Part shown: in pieces, positions 8,628-13,423 of the stretch
How positions within the stretch are numbered: position 1 is the first letter of the stretch
How the letters are laid out: each line of letters starts with the position of its first letter
NCBI GenBank assembly: GCA_041483195.1
Contig: JBGPFC010000058.1
Coordinates: forward strand, 1-13,423
Length of the DNA: 13,423 bases
Reading direction: 5' to 3'
From: Candidatus Eiseniibacteriota bacterium
Lineage (GTDB): Bacteria; Eisenbacteria; RBG-16-71-46
Translations under genes and position numbers: made by a program
The notes under the pieces: generated by a model
Told to the model about the DNA's origin: nothing
Databases searched by the model: none
Seen by the model: the letters and a program-made list of their open reading frames with translations, nothing else

Positions 8628-9745
8628 CGGTGCCCCGGCCCTTCGGAACGCGCGCCGCGCCCGGGCGTGCCATCGCTTTCGGATTCACCGTGGCGTTGTG
8701 CGCGCTGGGAATGGCGCCGTCGCGAGTGGCGCACGCGGGGGGCGACGCCGACTCGCTGCGATTCTCCGGGTTCGCCGAGGCGTCGGTTCAGTCCTCGACC
8801 GCCAGCCGCGATGGCGCGATCGTCGGCAGCCTCTACGGCCGCCAGCAGGGTCAGTTCAGCCTCGACGCCTTCGAGCTGGGCCTCGATCGGCCGGTCGCCG
8901 CCGACCGGACGATGGCGGGCTTCACGCTCCGGATGATCTATGGCGGATCGGCGACCTCGATCCACGCCGCGGGCCTCGACGTCGGCCCGCTGGCCGATCT
9001 CACCCAAGCGTTCGTCACGCTGAATCATCCGACGCGGTCCGGCGCCGTGCAGGTCTCGGCCGGAAAGCTCTCCAGCATGCTGGGACTCGAAGTGATCGAG
9101 AGCGTCCTCAACCCGAATCTCTCCGCCGGCAATCAGTTCATCTTTCTCGAAGACTTCACCCACGTCGGTCTGGACGTGAACTGGATCATCAGCCCGCAGT
9201 GGGGCGCGCGCGCATGCATCACCAATGGCTGGGACCTGGCGGTCGACAACAACCGAGCGCAGTCTTTCATGGCTCACGTCGCTTACACGCCCGATCCGTC
9301 CACCAGCATCACGTGCTCGGGCTACGCCGGTCCCGAGCAGGCGGAGAACAATCACGATGCGCGGACCGGGGGAGAGCTGCTCGTGAGCCGGTCGCTCGGC
9401 GCGAGCAGCTTCGCCGTCCAGGCGGACGCGGGGCACGAGGCAGGCATCGACGCGAGTTGGTGGGGGGCCGGCGCCTGGGTCACGCTCGGACTGGGAGCGA
9501 CCAACGCCGTGGCGCTGCGAGTCGATCACGTCGACGACGAGGATGGCGCACGCACCTCCGGCCTGCTCGGCTATCCCGCGCTCACGCGGCAGCGATTGAG
9601 CAGCCTGACGCTGACGCTGAACCACCAGCCGGCCCAAGGCCTGCTCGTCCGGCCCGAAATCCGGTACGATCGCTCGGATCGCCGAGTCTACAATCGCGAC
9701 CGCGCTCAACTGACGCTCGCGGTGGGGGCCGCCTACCGCTACTGA
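8624..9745 (+). CDS. Putative outer-membrane beta-barrel porin (BBP2/DUF1597-like) in the kdp operon
   Basis: Signal peptide (..VAHA-G), [10 protein letters not shown] first strand, [51 protein letters not shown], aromatic C-terminal YRY. ATGA overlap with the kdpC stop. Confidence 0.8.
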   Translation: MTVPRPFGTRAAPGRAIAFGFTVALCALGMAPSRVAHAGGDADSLRFSGFAEASVQSSTASRDGAIVGSLYGRQQGQFSLDAFELGLDRPVAADRTMAGFTLRMIYGGSATSIHAAGLDVGPLADLTQAFVTLNHPTRSGAVQVSAGKLSSMLGLEVIESVLNPNLSAGNQFIFLEDFTHVGLDVNWIISPQWGARACITNGWDLAVDNNRAQSFMAHVAYTPDPSTSITCSGYAGPEQAENNHDARTGGELLVSRSLGASSFAVQADAGHEAGIDASWWGAGAWVTLGLGATNAVALRVDHVDDEDGARTSGLLGYPALTRQRLSSLTLTLNHQPAQGLLVRPEIRYDRSDRRVYNRDRAQLTLAVGAAYRY

Positions 9746-9782
9746 TCGCGCGCCCGCGTGCGGCTCGAGGAGGAAGAGGGAC

Positions 9783-12524
9783 TTGCGCGAAACACGGCCC
9801 GACCCCGAAGCCCTGCTCGAGCGCGTGCGACAGGAGAATCCGAGCGCCGCGCGCGGCAAGCTCAAGATCTTCTTCGGCGCGACGGCGGGCGTGGGCAAGA
9901 CGTTCGCGATGCTGGTCGAGGCGCACGAGCGTCGCCGCGCCGGCACCGAGGTCGTGGTGGGCGTCGTCGAGACCCATGGCCGCGCCGAGACGGCCGCGCT
10001 GCTCGACGGCCTCGAAGCCCTGCCGCCGCGCGAGACCGAGTACCGCGGCACGCGGCTGCGCGAGTTCGACATCGACGCGGCGCTCGCGCGCAAGCCCGGC
10101 CTGCTGCTGGTGGACGAGCTGGCGCACACCAACGTCCCCGGCTCGCGTCACGACAAGCGCTGGCTCGACGTGCTCGAGCTGCTCAAGGCCGGCATCGACG
10201 TCTACACCACGCTCAACGTGCAGCACGTCGAGAGCGCGTACGACCTGGTCGCCCAGATCACGGGGGTGTCGGTGCGGGAGCTGGTCCCCGACGACGTGCT
10301 CGAGCGCGCGGATGAGATCGAGCTGGTCGATCTCCCGCCCGACGACCTGTTGCAGCGCCTGAAAGAGGGAAAGGTCTACCTCGCGCCCCAGGCGGAGCGG
10401 GCCCGCGAGCACTTCTTCCGCAAGGGCAACCTGATCGCGCTGCGCGAGCTGGCGCTCCGCCTCACCGCCGAGCGCGTGGACGCGCAGATGGAGACCTACC
10501 GCCGCGCGTACGCGATCGACCGCACGTGGGGCGTTGGGGGCCGCATCCTGGTATGCGTCGGCGAGCCGCAGTCCGGGCTGCGCCTGATCCGCGCCGCGCG
10601 CAAGATGGCGTCGCGCACCGGCTCCGAATGGCTCGCCGTGCACGTCGAGCGCCCGGGCGAGATCGCGCCGACGGACCGCACGCGCGACCACATCGTGGAC
10701 ACGCTCGCGTACGCCGAGGAACTCGGCGCGGAGACCGCGATGCTGAACGGCCTGCACGTGGCGGACGAGCTGCTCGCATATGCCAAGCAGCGCAACGTGT
10801 CGCGCATCCTGGTGGGCAAGCCGACGCGATCGCGCTGGCGGGAGCTGCTCGCCGGATCGCTCGTGAGCGCGCTGCTGCGCCAGAGCGGAGACATCGACGT
10901 GTTCGCGATCAGCGGCGAGCCGGGGGAGAAGGCGCCGCAATCCCAGGCCCGGGTCGCCGCCGCCGACCCCTGGCGCCGCTACCTCTCGAGCCTGCTCGCG
11001 GTGGGTGTCGCGACGCTGATCGCCTGGCTCATGCACCGCCGCTTCGCGCCCGCCAACCTCATCATGGTCTACCTGCTCGCGGTCATGTGGGTGGCGGTCA
11101 GCATCGGGCGCGGGCCGGCGATCGTCGCCTCGATTCTGGGCGTCGCGGCGTTCGACTTCTTCTTCGTCGCGCCCTCGCTCACGTTCGCCGTGTCCGACAC
11201 GCAGTACGTCGTCACGTTCTTCGTCATGCTGGCCGTCGCGCTCGTGATCAGCACCATGGCGTCGCGCCTGAGGCAGCAGACCGAGGGCGCGCGCGCCCGC
11301 GAGCGGCGCACCGCGGCGCTCTACTCGTTGAGCCGTGACCTGGCCGCGATCCCCGACCGCGGCCGGCTCCTGTCCGCGGCGGTCCGGCGCATCGAGGAAG
11401 TGTTCGAGACGCGCGCCGTGATCCTGTTACCAGACGATCGCGGGCGGATCGCGCTGCCCGCCGAAGCGCCGCCGGCTCCCGAGCCCGACGAGCACGACCG
11501 CGGCGTCGCCCAGTGGGCGTTCGATCACGATCAGCCCGCGGGACTCGGGACGCCAACGCTGCCGGCGGCGAAGGGGCTCTACCTGCCGCTGCGCGGCGCG
11601 CGGGGTCCGGTGGGAATTCTCGGAATGCTTCCGGGCGAAGGGCGCAAGGCGCTCGCCGGCGACCAGCTCCGCCTGCTCGAGACCTTCGGCAACCAGATCG
11701 CGCTCGCGATCGAGCGCTCGCAGCTCGCCGAGCGCGAGGAGCGCACGCGGGTCCAGCTCGAATCCGAGCGGCTGCGCGAGACGCTGCTCAGCTCGGTCTC
11801 GCACGACCTGCGAACGCCGCTCGCGGTGATCACGGGCTCGGGCACCAGCCTGCTCGCGGCGGGGGGCGATCTCTCCGAGGCCGCGCGCCGCGAGCTGGTC
11901 GAGACCATCGTCGACGAATCGCAGCGGCTCAACCGGCTGGTCGGGAACCTGCTCGACATGACGCGGCTCGAATCCGGCGCGGTGCGCGTCCTCAAGGACT
12001 GGCACTCGCTGGAGGAAGTGATCGGCGCCGCGCTCACCCGGCTCGAAGACCGGCTGCACGATCGCGAGCTGTCGGTGCAGCTCCCCCCGGGCCTGCCGCT
12101 GATTCCGCTGGACGACGTGTTGATCGAGCAGGTCTTCTACAACCTGATCGACAACGCGCTCAAGTACTCTCCCGCGCGCAGCCCGCTCGAGATCCGGGCG
12201 AGCGTATCCGCGGGAAGATTGAGCGTGGAGTTCGCGGATCGCGGTCCGGGGCTGCCGGCCGGCGAGGAGGAAAATGTCTTCCGCAAGTTTCACCGCATCC
12301 GCCGCGAGGGCGAGCCCGGCGGCGTGGGGCTGGGCCTCGCGATCTGCCGCGGCATCGTGATCGCGCACGGCGGCTCGATCACCGCCGCCAATCGCGCGGG
12401 CGGGGGCGCGGTGTTCCGGCTCGAGCTGCCGCTCGAGGGCGAGCCGCCGACCGTCAGCGCGGAAGAGCCGTCGCCCGCTTCCGCGCGCGACGCGTCCGAG
12501 CCCGGAGATTCCGGCCGTGGCTGA
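9783..12524 (+). CDS. kdpD: K+-sensing histidine kinase KdpD
   Basis: RPDPEALL, RGKLKIFFGATAGVGKT (Walker-A-like), LVDELAHTN, TLNVQHVES, Usp domain, 4 TM (AFDFFFVAP), GAF, SVSHDLRTPL (HisKA), NLIDNALKYS and GLGLAIC (HATPase). TTG start after a GAGGAGG/GAGGG tract. Confidence 0.98.
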   Translation: MRETRPDPEALLERVRQENPSAARGKLKIFFGATAGVGKTFAMLVEAHERRRAGTEVVVGVVETHGRAETAALLDGLEALPPRETEYRGTRLREFDIDAALARKPGLLLVDELAHTNVPGSRHDKRWLDVLELLKAGIDVYTTLNVQHVESAYDLVAQITGVSVRELVPDDVLERADEIELVDLPPDDLLQRLKEGKVYLAPQAERAREHFFRKGNLIALRELALRLTAERVDAQMETYRRAYAIDRTWGVGGRILVCVGEPQSGLRLIRAARKMASRTGSEWLAVHVERPGEIAPTDRTRDHIVDTLAYAEELGAETAMLNGLHVADELLAYAKQRNVSRILVGKPTRSRWRELLAGSLVSALLRQSGDIDVFAISGEPGEKAPQSQARVAAADPWRRYLSSLLAVGVATLIAWLMHRRFAPANLIMVYLLAVMWVAVSIGRGPAIVASILGVAAFDFFFVAPSLTFAVSDTQYVVTFFVMLAVALVISTMASRLRQQTEGARARERRTAALYSLSRDLAAIPDRGRLLSAAVRRIEEVFETRAVILLPDDRGRIALPAEAPPAPEPDEHDRGVAQWAFDHDQPAGLGTPTLPAAKGLYLPLRGARGPVGILGMLPGEGRKALAGDQLRLLETFGNQIALAIERSQLAEREERTRVQLESERLRETLLSSVSHDLRTPLAVITGSGTSLLAAGGDLSEAARRELVETIVDESQRLNRLVGNLLDMTRLESGAVRVLKDWHSLEEVIGAALTRLEDRLHDRELSVQLPPGLPLIPLDDVLIEQVFYNLIDNALKYSPARSPLEIRASVSAGRLSVEFADRGPGLPAGEEENVFRKFHRIRREGEPGGVGLGLAICRGIVIAHGGSITAANRAGGGAVFRLELPLEGEPPTVSAEEPSPASARDASEPGDSGRG

Positions 12525-13242
12525 GCGCGAGGTGGTTCACGCGCCGCTGGTGCTCGTGATCGAGGACGAGCCGCAGATCCTGCGTTTCCTGCGGCCCGCC
12601 CTCGGCGCGCACGGGTTCCGCGTCGTGGAGGCCGGCAACGGAGCGGAGGGGCTGAGGCAGGCGGCGACGCGCTCGCCGGACATCGTGGTGCTCGATCTCG
12701 GGCTGCCCGACATGGACGGGCTCGAGGTCACGCGCCGCCTGCGCGAGTGGACGCCGGTGCCCATCATCGTGCTGTCCGCGCGCGGGCAGGAGCGCGACAA
12801 GATCGCGGCGCTCGATGGTGGCGCTGACGACTACGTCACCAAGCCGTTCGAGGTGGGGGAGCTGATGGCGCGCCTGCGCGTCGCGCTCCGCCACGCCGCG
12901 CGCGTCGATCGCGAATCCACCGAGCAGACCCGCAGCGTCGGCGACCTGCGCATCGAGCTCGACCGCCGGCGCGTGTTCATTCGCGACACCGAGGTGCGTC
13001 TCACGCCGATCGAGTACAAGCTGCTGGTCGCGCTCGCGCGCTTTCCCGGCCGCGTCATCACGCACTCGCAGCTGCTCACGCAGGTGTGGGGCCCGGGCTA
13101 CGCCGGGCAGCACCACTACCTGCGCGTGTACATGGGGCAGCTGCGGCACAAGCTCGAGCGCGATCCGTCGCGGCCCGAGCTGCTGCTGACCGAAGCCGGG
13201 GTCGGCTATCGGATGAAGGACGCGGAGCCTCGTAAGGGCTGA
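12517..13242 (+). CDS. kdpE: Response regulator KdpE (OmpR family)
   Basis: VLVIEDEPQI, VVLDLGLPDMDG, PIIVLSAR, GADDYVTKPF, LTPIEYKLL, VWGPGY..HYLRVYMGQLRHKLE.DP..P..LLTE.GVGYR. GTG start overlapping the end of kdpD. Confidence 0.97.
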   Translation: MAEREVVHAPLVLVIEDEPQILRFLRPALGAHGFRVVEAGNGAEGLRQAATRSPDIVVLDLGLPDMDGLEVTRRLREWTPVPIIVLSARGQERDKIAALDGGADDYVTKPFEVGELMARLRVALRHAARVDRESTEQTRSVGDLRIELDRRRVFIRDTEVRLTPIEYKLLVALARFPGRVITHSQLLTQVWGPGYAGQHHYLRVYMGQLRHKLERDPSRPELLLTEAGVGYRMKDAEPRKG

Positions 13243-13333
13243 GGCCCGCGCCCCGGCCGCCCGGCCCGCCGTCTACTTCTTCCGTTGTGCTGCGAAGAAT
13301 GGGTCGCGCACGGAACGTGCGTAGGGCTCGGAC

Positions 13334-13423
13334 ATGTCGCCGAGCGTGGTGGGTGCCGGGCCGCCCTACTGTCCCAACTCCGGCTGTGGCTTTCATCGGG
13401 TTACGGCCGGCTGGCGCTTCAAG
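13334..13423 (+). mobile_element. 5' fragment of a possible IS1-like (InsA-type zinc finger) transposase ORF
   Basis: ATG 13334, open to the window end: MSPSVVGAGPPYCPNSGCGFHRVTAGWRFK. The PP.CPN..C.FH...W.. pattern resembles N-terminal zinc-ribbon starts of IS1-like proteins. Codon usage is less GC3-biased than in kdpE. Only 30 codons are visible. Confidence 0.4.

Noticed and set aside
13243..13300. Intrinsic terminator after kdpE
   Set aside because: GC-rich, but there is no clean stem followed by a U-tract.
13305..13322. Sigma54 -24/-12-like sequence (GCGCACGGAACGTGC)
   Set aside because: Lacks the invariant GG at -24; better explained as a short palindrome.

Overview
GC-rich region from a diderm bacterium with two divergent ion-uptake operons. 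Minus strand (3795->1): a sigma70-type promoter, a small DUF2946/CruR-like leader ORF (hydrophobic N-terminus, HHH..H..CxxC, C-terminal RGPP arrest-like motif), a 3'-truncated copy of an outer-membrane beta-barrel gene, a palindromic junction segment, an intact lower-GC paralogue of that barrel gene, a Zn/Mn-type (cluster A-I) substrate-binding protein and an ABC-3-type permease that runs off the window. Plus strand (4009->13242): a complete high-affinity K+ uptake locus with an extra small membrane peptide, kdpF, kdpA, kdpB, kdpC, an outer-membrane beta-barrel gene, kdpD and kdpE, preceded by helically phased direct repeats (likely KdpE sites). The last 90 bp look like the start of a Cys/His zinc-finger, IS1-like transposase ORF. 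The most interesting features are (i) a putative metal-sensing ribosome-arrest leader in front of a porin/SBP/permease importer that does not look like a copper-TBDT system, and (ii) a truncation/replacement of the barrel gene at a hairpin with Xer/dif-like half-sites, whose read-through frame stays coupled to the intact copy. All assignments come from motif recognition by eye; no searches were run.
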